Of a stretch of DNA of 64,000 nucleotides, positions 38,923 through 47,375 are shown piece after piece (the first letter of the stretch is position 1; each line of letters starts with the position of its first letter). The notes below the pieces were generated by a model. The model did not search any database and had not been told where the DNA came from. It saw only the letters and a program-made list of their open reading frames with translations. Source of the DNA: a virus. The stretch covers positions 3,340 through 67,339 of IMG/VR virus record IMGVR_UViG_3300031552_000004; one strand, 5' to 3'. A program made the translations under genes and the position numbers.

Positions 38923-39744
38923 GTGAGCGAGCTTCGTGAATTGGAGCTGGGGGTAGAGCAAGTCATTGGTCACGCACTGGACTGGAAGCGCTCGAAGGAC
39001 TTCGGCGGCGCGTCGTGGGCCGACACGGAACGAGGCTTTGTTTCCGTGATGGTGAACCCGCCGGACGGGCAGCCGCAGGTCGGCGGGGACTTTGAGAACG
39101 GCTTGGTGCCGGTGTTGCAGGAACCCGCAGCAGTCGCCCGCCAGTACGTCGAACGGACGCGGACGGGACTGCGCGTGCTGGCAGACGCACCGATGCCCCT
39201 GGAGCTCTACGGCATGGTCTGTGAGGCGCTGGGCCGCCAGGAGGAAAGCCGCCAGTTGTTCATCGGTGACCTGATCCTGTATGGCGAGCAACACTATGGC
39301 GAAACGTACGCGCAGTATGTCGATCTGCTGGGGAACAGTTACAACACGCTTGCGCAGTGGAAGCACGTTGCATCGAGGTTCCCGTATGAATCGCGGATCG
39401 AAGGCGTGCCGTTCACCGTCTACCAGATCACCGCGTCCATCGAACCACTAGAAGCACGCCTGGAGCTCGTCCGCCGCTACATGGCGGGAGAGTTGGAAGA
39501 CACGACGGAAGTCAGCGACGAGGTGAAACGGGAACGATCGGAGGAGCCGGATGCGGAGCTGCTGCCGGCCTGCCCGGCATGTGGCGGCAAGTTGACGTCG
39601 CGAAAGTGCAAAGAATGCGGCCTGGACTTCGCATCGGTGATATGGTTGTTGCATGACGTGATCGCCGAATTGTCCGCGATCCAGGTGCCGGATACGGAGA
39701 TGCCGACGGTGTGGCGTCTCACACATAGCCAGGAGGAGCCATGA
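38923..39744 (+). CDS. Putative DNA-binding regulator (LmbU-like segment) with zinc ribbon
   Basis: FIGD..LYGE.HYGE.Y.Q...SY.TL....VA.RF; CPAC...CKEC. Confidence 0.5.
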   Translation: MSELRELELGVEQVIGHALDWKRSKDFGGASWADTERGFVSVMVNPPDGQPQVGGDFENGLVPVLQEPAAVARQYVERTRTGLRVLADAPMPLELYGMVCEALGRQEESRQLFIGDLILYGEQHYGETYAQYVDLLGNSYNTLAQWKHVASRFPYESRIEGVPFTVYQITASIEPLEARLELVRRYMAGELEDTTEVSDEVKRERSEEPDAELLPACPACGGKLTSRKCKECGLDFASVIWLLHDVIAELSAIQVPDTEMPTVWRLTHSQEEP

Positions 39745-39977
39745 GCGTAGAGGAACGGGTGTTCAAGTTCATCGTGAATTACAAGCGGGATCACGACGGG
39801 TGCGCACCATCATTCGAGGAGATCATGGATGGTGTCGAAGGTCTGTCTAGCACCAGCGTCGTGAGCTACTGGCTGGACAAGTTGGAAGCTGACAAGCGGA
39901 TCGAAATGACCGCCGGGCAGAACCGCAGCATCCGTGTATCCGGCGGACGGTGGGAATACGAAGGGAGAGAACAATGA
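39741..39977 (+). CDS. Stand-alone LexA-type winged-helix DNA-binding domain
   Basis: V..FI..Y....G.APS.EEI...V.GLSSTS.V...L..LE....I......RSI; no peptidase domain. Confidence 0.8.
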   Translation: MSVEERVFKFIVNYKRDHDGCAPSFEEIMDGVEGLSSTSVVSYWLDKLEADKRIEMTAGQNRSIRVSGGRWEYEGREQ

Positions 39978-40639
39978 GCGAGTATGGGATGGAGGACTTG
40001 ATTCCAGCAGGGATGGCAATCGAGACGTACAATGCAGGCCCCGCATTCTTTCGCGTGGGCGACATCATGATCAACCCCGACCATATCGTAATGGTTACGT
40101 TCCTGCCTGACCAGGTAGGCATCCAATTGATGGTGGGACCGAAGTTCTGGCTCTCGGCCCCGGTGATGGACGAGTTCTTGGAATGGTGCGATAACGAGGC
40201 CGACGTGTGGCAGGCGAAGTCGCGATGATTCGCAAACCGACGGACTACTCCACGGCAAAAAGCGAAGCCGCCGAATATGCACATTGGCGGGGTGCCATCA
40301 CGGTCGTGGTCGCACTGGCAGATGGACGATTCGAATGGATGACGTATGCACAATATCTCCAAGACGACACGATCCATCCATTCCAAGAGGCGTGGTACTC
40401 AGAAGCGAATGACGGGGACAACAATGCGCTTTATGAGACGGCGATCATGTGGAGGGAGGAACAGAATGATACGTGATAGGCTACAGATGTGGATCTGGCA
40501 TGCATTTGCGGCGCATTGCAAACAGCGCCACAATGCCGAGTTCGAGGTATGCCGCAACCCACGCTGTCGTCGGGCGGCGTTCGTAGAGCGAGTATTGTAC
40601 CGGTGGCTCTATGAGTGGCTGGATGTGGAGGGACGATGA
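39974..40639 (+). CDS. Three small hypothetical proteins (39974-40228, 40225-40476, 40466-40639)
   Basis: Coupled ORFs with RBSs. Confidence 0.5.
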
Positions 40640-40923
40640 TCCGCCACCTGATGAGCACATTTGAAGCACGGCGTTACCTGGCCCAACAGCACGGCATCAC
40701 GCGATCATGCAGGCAGATACAGAAATGGCTGAGAACAGGCCGCGTTCTTCCCGTGACGACGATACAGGACGGGCGTGGGTTCGTCCGGCTCACCACGGCA
40801 GGGCAGATCGACGCCGCAGTCGATGCGGGACTTGTGCCACCCAGGGGCGGAAAGGAACTTCCCGACCGGCAGGTCATGGTGCATCTCATGGACGAGTTCG
40901 GCGGGACGCTCGCGGAAGACTGA
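40636..40923 (+). CDS. Excisionase/MerR-like HTH protein
   Basis: LMST.EA..YL...GI......I.KWLR.G..P. Confidence 0.55.
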   Translation: MIRHLMSTFEARRYLAQQHGITRSCRQIQKWLRTGRVLPVTTIQDGRGFVRLTTAGQIDAAVDAGLVPPRGGKELPDRQVMVHLMDEFGGTLAED

Positions 40924-40936
40924 GAGGAGATTTTGT

Positions 40937-41710
40937 ATGGCATACAAAGAGCATCCACTGATTTGTAATCAACAGACCGTACAGGCCATCCTGGCAGGCA
41001 GACAGACGCAGGACCGGCGACCTATCAAGCCGCAGCCTGCAGAGTGCCATTGGATCGATGGCGTGCCAACGCTCAAGTGGAAAAGTGCGATCTATAACCC
41101 GCATAAGGGTGACCCCAGAGCGCAGATTCTCGAGTGCTGTCCCTACGCGATCGGCGATCACTTGTGGGTCAAAGAGGGCTGGCGCATCGGTGCCTGGGAT
41201 GACGATTGCCGTATTGCTGTAGATTATCGAGCCGATAACTATGCACGTCAGGAATGGCTCGATGTGCCGGACGAGAAAATGTTTGAGCGACTGTGGATCC
41301 AATCCTCCGACGACGCAATGGAGGCCGGCCTAATGGAGGGACCAGATGAGCTCTATCACTGGGAACCAGGCCAAGCTCCGACACGTTGGCGCTCTCCGCT
41401 TTTCATGCCTCGCTGGGCATCGCGCATCACGCTAGAAGTGACGGGCATGCGGGTGCAGCAGGTGCAGGAGATCAGCAATGAAGATGCCCAGGCAGAAGGC
41501 ATCGACGTACTGGAGCATTGGCATGATGTACGAGAACCAGTATTCGCGGACCCTGAAAGAACCATGCTCATCCACCAAGGTCGAATTGGACTGACAGCAT
41601 ACTTCGCCGATCTATGGGATGCCATCTACGCCAAGCGCGGCCTGGGCTGGAACGCAAATCCATGGGTCTGGGCAATCACATTCAGGAGACTGGAGGAAAA
41701 CAATGGCTGA
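40937..41710 (+). CDS. ASCH/PUA-like phage protein
   Basis: V.AIL.G..TQ.RR.IKPQP, GD.LWV.E, W.SP.FMPRWASRITLE, ED..AEG, NPWVW. Confidence 0.8.
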   Translation: MAYKEHPLICNQQTVQAILAGRQTQDRRPIKPQPAECHWIDGVPTLKWKSAIYNPHKGDPRAQILECCPYAIGDHLWVKEGWRIGAWDDDCRIAVDYRADNYARQEWLDVPDEKMFERLWIQSSDDAMEAGLMEGPDELYHWEPGQAPTRWRSPLFMPRWASRITLEVTGMRVQQVQEISNEDAQAEGIDVLEHWHDVREPVFADPERTMLIHQGRIGLTAYFADLWDAIYAKRGLGWNANPWVWAITFRRLEENNG

Positions 41711-42251
41711 GGATCCTATCGAGAGCTTGACGCTGGTCAAAGAGGTGCGGAAGTTGCTCGCCGGACACGGAAGCGGCGGCGTCCCGTTCCGCTACCCGAT
41801 GGAGTACAAGGAGACGCCCTACCTCAAGTTCGGGCAGCTATATGCCAGCGGTGCATACAAGGGCGTCCCCCACCCCGGCGTTGACTTCACCGGGCCAGAA
41901 GGCTCGATGGTGATGGCTGCGGGCGACGGCGTGGTGACATGGATCCACTATGACGAGACGGGCTACGGGAACTACGTGGTCGTAGAGCATCAGCTTGTCA
42001 GCGGCGGGAAGGCGTGGACGCTGTACGCGCACCTGTATCGCTTCATCGTAATAGTGGGGAATGCGGTAAAGGCCGGGACCGTGATCGGCACCCAGGGCCA
42101 CACCGGGAATGCTGGTGGCGTGGATCACCTTCACTTCGAAGTGAAGCGGACGCCCGAGCTCAACCAGTACGCCGGGCTGAACTATACCACGCTGTTCGAG
42201 CGATTCTACGAGCCATACACGTTCATCGACACGGCGAGATTCATAAGATGA
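41703..42251 (+). CDS. M23-family metallopeptidase
   Basis: HPGVDF, GYGNYVV..H, YAHL, G.TGN...HLHFEV. Confidence 0.92.
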   Translation: MAEDPIESLTLVKEVRKLLAGHGSGGVPFRYPMEYKETPYLKFGQLYASGAYKGVPHPGVDFTGPEGSMVMAAGDGVVTWIHYDETGYGNYVVVEHQLVSGGKAWTLYAHLYRFIVIVGNAVKAGTVIGTQGHTGNAGGVDHLHFEVKRTPELNQYAGLNYTTLFERFYEPYTFIDTARFIR

Positions 42252-43959
42252 AACCTCAACCCGTCGCCTATCTACACGTCCGTCGTCTCGACACACGAGA
42301 AATCGTGCATAGCGTACCGCTTCAACGATCCGACTTGCGCCACGTAGAGCGCGTGATGATGGGTATGCTGATCAACATGAACACGGACGAGTATTTCATA
42401 GACGACAGTGAAGTTGACGCTGTTCGAAAGGAAGGGTGAAATGAAAACACCACTAGAAGCAGCCGCGTATCTCCGCTTGCGCCTGATAGCGAAACGGTTC
42501 AACGCTGCGGCGCTCTCGTTCGCTGCGGCGTGCGGCAAGGCAGCAAAACAGTTTGAGCGGTTCGCCAAAGTCACTGATCGGGAGGATGAATGATGGCAAA
42601 CAAGCACCGTTTTGGGGAGCGGACATGTGCGTTCTGTAACCGCGTGATTGCGCTGGGCAGCCGTGGGCGCTTCCATAGCCACGTGATGGAGCTGGGCGGC
42701 AATGGCAAGCGCTGTCCCGGTGGCGGGTTGCGCCCCAGTGAGGCCACGATGAGGGCGCGGCGTGCAAGGGGTCGACCATATGGCAGGCCAATGCCAGAGG
42801 CCGCCCGAGAGGAGGAGTGATGTTCTGGCTCAACTTCGAGCGATGGACCAGTATGGCTGGCAAGTTGTTTGTCAGGACCCGTTGTTATTGGCGGGGATAT
42901 AGGTGGACACCACTGATCTGGGTCCGTCCGCGTTGGACGGAAGCGATCCGCGAGGGTCGTGCCCAGATGTTCGATGCCGGAACGGGACTGTGGCATAGAT
43001 CCCAGGATCTACAGCCGCCCGAGAGGAGGGGTGATGAAGCCAGGGGAGCGCATATCCTATGAGCAGCTAGAGGGCTGTTTGGGCGAGCTCATCCATACCG
43101 CCTTTCGCAAGGGCACTGATGCCCCACAGTCAGACGAAATCTGGCATCTGATTCGGGAGATGCGTGGTGTGAGTTGGAACCAGATCATCAGGTGGATCGT
43201 GTGGGCGCTGCCCGGCGAGGAGGAATGATGGACAAAATCTATCTACAGGGCATGCTTCTCATCATGAGGATCCTGCTGCACATCGTTGAACTGATGGCAC
43301 AGGGACCACAAGACTATGCGGTATCTGTTGCACCAATGAAGAAGGCTGTGGACGCTTGGGCTTCGAATTCAGCAGCAGCATTGTCCGCTCTCTCTGAGGA
43401 AGATTAATGCCCCGCCATCCAGTCACCGAGCGTCAGTTTCACCAGGGCGAGCGTCACAGCTACGTCCTGGCGGACGAGGACTTGGAATGCTTCTGGTGCT
43501 ATCTACCCGATTGCACCGATTCCGAGGACACACCGGGTTGCCCGATTGCCATTCGCAAGCTGGCAGAGGCGATCGCTGAACGTGCTGTGGCGAGAGCAGT
43601 AGCAGCGGTAAGAAAGGAGATGAGACATGGATGGGGTGATTGAACAGCGCATTGAGGATCTCATTCAAGTAGCGACTTCGTGCGGCTATTGGGAGGGCCA
43701 GCGCAAGGATGGTAGCACACAGCATCTAGAAGCGCTTGAGCGCAGAGGTTGGCTAACAAAACTTGTATGGCAGGCCATTGATCATCGCATCGCCGAAGCC
43801 GTCGCCGCCGAGCGGAAGGCATGCGCGACTCTTGAACCAGAACCGTTGCGCATTGGCGGCACTGATGCGGAACCCGAATATGGTACATACGATGAGGTGT
43901 TTCTCTTGGGCTGGGAGGCTTATCGCTCCGCCATCCGCGCCAGAGGAGACAGGGAATGA
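42248..43959 (+). CDS. Run of about eight small hypothetical proteins
   Basis: Abutting ORFs with GGAG RBSs (e.g. 42248-42439, 42441-42593, 42590-42820, 42817-43062, 43407-43643, 43627-43959). Confidence 0.5.
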
Positions 43960-45155
43960 GCAATCACAGGGGACTTGACGACTACTACATTCAATTCGAG
44001 CGCACCAGGGACAGGGCGGGCAGGAAGGCGGTGGCGATCCTGCTGACAGGGGGCGCATTGCTGACCGCGATCATCGCTACCGTGCTGCTGTGCGCGCGCG
44101 CCTTGGCGCAGGACGGGTACGAGCCCGGCGTCATCGCCGTGCGCAGCGACGCCGGACGCTGGGAGTTACTGCGCGTCGCACCGGGAACGGAGGAGGCGCA
44201 CCTCGTCGCGTTGGCATCGGCTGGGCGCGAGACGACCAGGCTGGCTATCGCTTACCCGTTTGATTCTCCGATCTTCCTTCCGGCGATAGTCAGAGATTGG
44301 GATGGTCAGCCACCGCCGCGTTTGTTGCCGAGCGATCCTGAGTACAGTAGGCAATGGGCGATACACACGGAATACGTCAATGTTCCGTTACAGCCAGCCG
44401 AGCCGCCGGGAGCGATCATTGCCGACCTGGACACCGGGCTGCAATCGATGATCGATCCTCCCGCACATATCGTAGGAACCTATAACGCCATGACCGGCGG
44501 GGATAACGTTTCCACGTCGTTGCCCCACGGGACGCACGTTGTTTCCATCCTCGCGGCCCCGCACAATGACATTGCCACCGCAGGCGTCTGTCCGCAATGC
44601 GGCATTCTGGCGGTCAAGGTTTGTCGTGACGAGGAAGCAGGAGCCTGTTACGAAACGGACATCGTGGCAGGCTTGGAATGGTCCGTCCAGAACGGTGCTC
44701 AGATAGCCCTATTGGAGATGGGCACACAGTCGCCCATGCCCTATCTGGCGCAGGCCATTGGGGATGCGCTGGATGCAGGCGTCGTGGTCGTTGTACCTCG
44801 CGGTAATGCAGGCAATACCTTACCACAGTATCCGGCGTGCGTCGAGAACGTGCTGGCGATAAGTGCGCTACATCCCAACTACGAGCTTGTGAGTGGCGGG
44901 TCGTGGTCGAGCAGTTGGGGCGGGGACACGATGGCCTTCGCCGCACCGGGGGTGAATGTCCTGACGGAGAAGGGCTACTTCAACGGGACATCTGCTGCGG
45001 CCCCACACGTTGCCGGCGCGTTCGGGGTGGTGCTGAGCGAGCACCCCGGATGGACGGGCCAGGATGCCTACGACTGGCTCGTGGTGCACGCGCTCGACCT
45101 GGGCGAATCGGGATGGGATGATCGCTACGGCTGGGGAATGGTTCTACTTCCATGA
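43956..45155 (+). CDS. Subtilisin-like S8 serine protease with N-terminal membrane anchor
   Basis: Catalytic triad motifs ADLDTG, HGTHV, GTSAAAPHVAG; oxyanion-hole GN. Confidence 0.93.
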   Translation: MSNHRGLDDYYIQFERTRDRAGRKAVAILLTGGALLTAIIATVLLCARALAQDGYEPGVIAVRSDAGRWELLRVAPGTEEAHLVALASAGRETTRLAIAYPFDSPIFLPAIVRDWDGQPPPRLLPSDPEYSRQWAIHTEYVNVPLQPAEPPGAIIADLDTGLQSMIDPPAHIVGTYNAMTGGDNVSTSLPHGTHVVSILAAPHNDIATAGVCPQCGILAVKVCRDEEAGACYETDIVAGLEWSVQNGAQIALLEMGTQSPMPYLAQAIGDALDAGVVVVVPRGNAGNTLPQYPACVENVLAISALHPNYELVSGGSWSSSWGGDTMAFAAPGVNVLTEKGYFNGTSAAAPHVAGAFGVVLSEHPGWTGQDAYDWLVVHALDLGESGWDDRYGWGMVLLP

Positions 45156-45307
45156 AAGGGGAGAAAGATGGATAGGGAAACCGAGTCTACGATGGCGCTG
45201 GTGGTGTTCCTGATTTTCGTCTTGCTGATCATACTGATCACCGGCTTCATTCTGGTGGCAGTGCGATAACATGAAAGGCAATGGAGCAGGCAGACGTGGA
45301 CGGGGGA

Positions 45308-45336
45308 TTGACAACCGATGCCATCCATGATACAAT
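45308..45336 (+). promoter_or_regulatory. Early promoter P3 (drives the TIGR-Tas operon)
   Basis: TTGACA-17 nt-TACAAT with extended -10 TG. Confidence 0.88.
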
Positions 45337-45343
45337 GTAAGTG

Positions 45344-45475
45344 CTAGTCCGCCGAGCTAGAGTCAGAGTTTTTTGTCACAAGATCGCACTTGTGGGCGAA
45401 GGCCCGCATTCGGATGACGCTCTGACTCTCCTGGCGGACTAGTCTAGAGATACCGAATGCGGGCCTTTGTTTTTC
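45344..45475 (+). ncRNA. Attenuator-like structured leader 1
   Basis: Helix 45344-45368/45420-45442 crosses terminator helix 45399-45413/45453-45467, followed by a U-tract. Confidence 0.65.
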
Positions 45476-45494
45476 CTATCGAAAGGAGAATTAC

Positions 45495-46049
45495 ATGGAT
45501 CCAGTAAAGATCGTGATCGACGTGACGGATTGGGCCGAGGAAGCACTACACGCCGAGGCCGTACCAGAAACGAGGGACGACGTAGGTAGCATGGCTTTAC
45601 GGAAAGGCATAGGCGCCAGGAAAGCCGCACAGCGTGCGCTTGCATTGCGAGCGGCGAATCACTCGCCACAGGACGTGATGCCATCCGACAAGGATGTGTT
45701 GTCAGATGGAGGGCTACTCGTCGTCACATCCATAATCCGCAACAGAAAGGAGCAGATCGAGCGCAACGGGCGTATCATGGAAATGAGGGCCTACACTGCT
45801 GTCGTCCAAGACGAGGATGAACAGCCGATGTTGCCAGGAGACGATGACGTGCTCCTACCCGAACACGAGTATGTCGCGGCAGGGACGCCCGAGTCGGTAG
45901 AGAACGCCAAGCGGCTGCTGATGCAGTATGTGCCCGGCCACATCCGCAACAGGTGCGCCGAAATATGGGCCGGCGGTGGTGACGCGCGTGCTGCATGGGA
46001 GGAAGTGCGTGCGGTGTGTGATGCAATCGTAGACGAGATCGCCGGATAG
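45495..46049 (+). CDS. Hypothetical protein co-transcribed with the TIGR array
   Basis: AAGGAG RBS; its stop codon TAG overlaps the first array repeat. Confidence 0.7.
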   Translation: MDPVKIVIDVTDWAEEALHAEAVPETRDDVGSMALRKGIGARKAAQRALALRAANHSPQDVMPSDKDVLSDGGLLVVTSIIRNRKEQIERNGRIMEMRAYTAVVQDEDEQPMLPGDDDVLLPEHEYVAAGTPESVENAKRLLMQYVPGHIRNRCAEIWAGGGDARAAWEEVRAVCDAIVDEIAG

Positions 46050-46335
46050 CCACCAAGGCGGTGAAACCCAGCGGCGAAGTGCGAGCCAGGTATGCGGTGA
46101 AACCCAAGCGCCGCGTGCGAGCCATGGCCGGTGTTCAACCCAACGGAAAAGTGCGAGCCATGTATGTTGTGAAACCCATGCTCCAAGTGCGAGCCAGCGT
46201 CGTCATGAAACCCATCTTCCAGGTGCGAGCCAGAGGCGCGGTGAAACCCAATAAGATCGTGCGAGCCAGAGGCGCGGTGAAACCCAATGAGATCATGCGA
46301 GCCACACGGCATGTGAAACCCAAGGAATGGATGCA
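46048..46335 (+). ncRNA. TIGR (tandem interspaced guide RNA) array 1, 8 x 36 nt
   Basis: AGCCA-N9-TGAAACCCA-N9-TGCG at an exact 36-nt period with variable 9-nt spacers. Confidence 0.93.
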
Positions 46336-46349
46336 AAAGGAGCAATGAA

Positions 46350-47150
46350 ATGACAGACCAACGACCGGATCCCAAGCCACGGAAACTGGCACGACTGTGG
46401 CAGTCCTACCTATGGTGGGACGAACTGAATCAACTCTGGCAGAAACACGACAAGCGCCGCCAGTCTGCCGAGGCCGGCAAGTCGAACTATGACGCCCAGT
46501 TCGAGCAGGACATGATCGAGCTCACCCACCTGGAAGAGTTCATGGAAATCGCTCGCAAGGACATGGTGAAATACGGCACGACCGCCGGCCCGATCTGGGA
46601 CTGGGTGACATCCGTCAAGGGCTGCGGTGCGGGCGGAGACGCTGCCAAGCTGCTGGCGCAGATCGACGACATCACCAAGTTCGACACCATCTCCAAGTTG
46701 TGGCGGTTCGCAGGCTGGGCGGTGATAGACGGTGAGATCGACAAGCCGCGACGGGGCGAGAAACTGTCCTACAATCGCACGCTCAAGTCGATCTGCTGGC
46801 GCATCGCAGACCAGTTCGTGAGACAACGCACGCCCGTCTATCGCGACGAGTACGATCGCTATCGGGAAGAGGACCGCCGCAACCATCCAAACGTCATCTG
46901 CCAGAAGTGCGGCACCCTGTTCGATCCAGAGATCAAGCGTTGCCCAGGCTGCAAGGCCAAGAACACGAGCTACAATCTGCTGTACTGCAATGCACACATG
47001 GACGCCAGGGCCAGGCGCAAGATCGCCAAGCTGTTTCTGGCACATCTGTGGCTGAAATGGAGGGAACTGGAAGGCTTGCCGACGAGCGATCCCTATGTGG
47101 AGGCGATACTGGGCCACACGCACATTGTCCCGGTGCCAGAGTTTTCATAG
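46350..47150 (+). CDS. tasA: TIGR-associated Nop-domain protein, TasA-like (no RuvC/HNH), with zinc ribbon insertion
   Basis: IS110 C-terminal/Nop-like motifs W..SVKG.G...AAKLLAQI.DI..F.TISKLWRFAG, YN..LK, H..ARARRK..K.FL.HLW; flanked on both sides by arrays; CQKC-x10-CPGC. Confidence 0.85.
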   Translation: MTDQRPDPKPRKLARLWQSYLWWDELNQLWQKHDKRRQSAEAGKSNYDAQFEQDMIELTHLEEFMEIARKDMVKYGTTAGPIWDWVTSVKGCGAGGDAAKLLAQIDDITKFDTISKLWRFAGWAVIDGEIDKPRRGEKLSYNRTLKSICWRIADQFVRQRTPVYRDEYDRYREEDRRNHPNVICQKCGTLFDPEIKRCPGCKAKNTSYNLLYCNAHMDARARRKIAKLFLAHLWLKWRELEGLPTSDPYVEAILGHTHIVPVPEFS

Positions 47151-47292
47151 CCAGTGACGTTGTGAAACCCAGCGTCCAGATGCGAGCCAGCACGTTCGTG
47201 AAACCCATGTCCTACGTGCGAGCCAAGGCCCAAGTGAAACCCAGCTGCGAGGTGCGAGCCAAGGCGGATGTGAAACCCATTCATCGCGTGCG
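47149..47292 (+). ncRNA. TIGR array 2, 4 x 36 nt
   Basis: Same repeat scaffold as array 1; begins in the TAG stop codon of the Nop-domain gene. Confidence 0.93.
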
Positions 47293-47314
47293 CATCCCAA
47301 GGCAAGACTCGTTA

Positions 47315-47343
47315 TTGACAACCATCACGATTCGTGATACAAT
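47315..47343 (+). promoter_or_regulatory. Early promoter P4
   Basis: TTGACA-17 nt-TACAAT; ATCACGA-T-TCGTGAT palindrome in the spacer. Confidence 0.88.
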
Positions 47344-47375
47344 GTAGTTGACGTGGGAAAGTACACGTTAGGGCT

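Noticed and set aside
43763-43777. Partial palindrome TTGTATGGCAGGCCA
   Set aside because: Right arm does not match; not counted among the nine sites
46161-46169. Spacer TGTATGTTG resembling the TTGTATG palindrome arm
   Set aside because: Only 6 nt match, and spacer B does not match the other arm
46061-46348. 95-aa ORF with VKP...VRA repeats, plus similar ORFs over 46907-47347 and on the minus strand
   Set aside because: Translation artefact of the 36-nt (multiple of 3) RNA repeat; conservation is at nucleotide level with fully variable 9-mers, and there is no RBS
46350-47150. IS110 transposase / insertion sequence
   Set aside because: Lacks the N-terminal DEDD RuvC-like domain and is flanked by guide arrays rather than IS ends
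46053-47288. Self-targeting of guides within this window
   Set aside because: Single 9-mer matches were seen (e.g. AGGCCCAAG at 19442, GTGACGTTG at 11575, GCACGTTCG at 29101) but without the partner half next to them; expected by chance. The search was by eye and not exhaustive
46048-47292. CRISPR array interpretation
   Set aside because: Two alternating 9-nt repeats with 9-nt spacers and no cas genes do not fit CRISPR geometry
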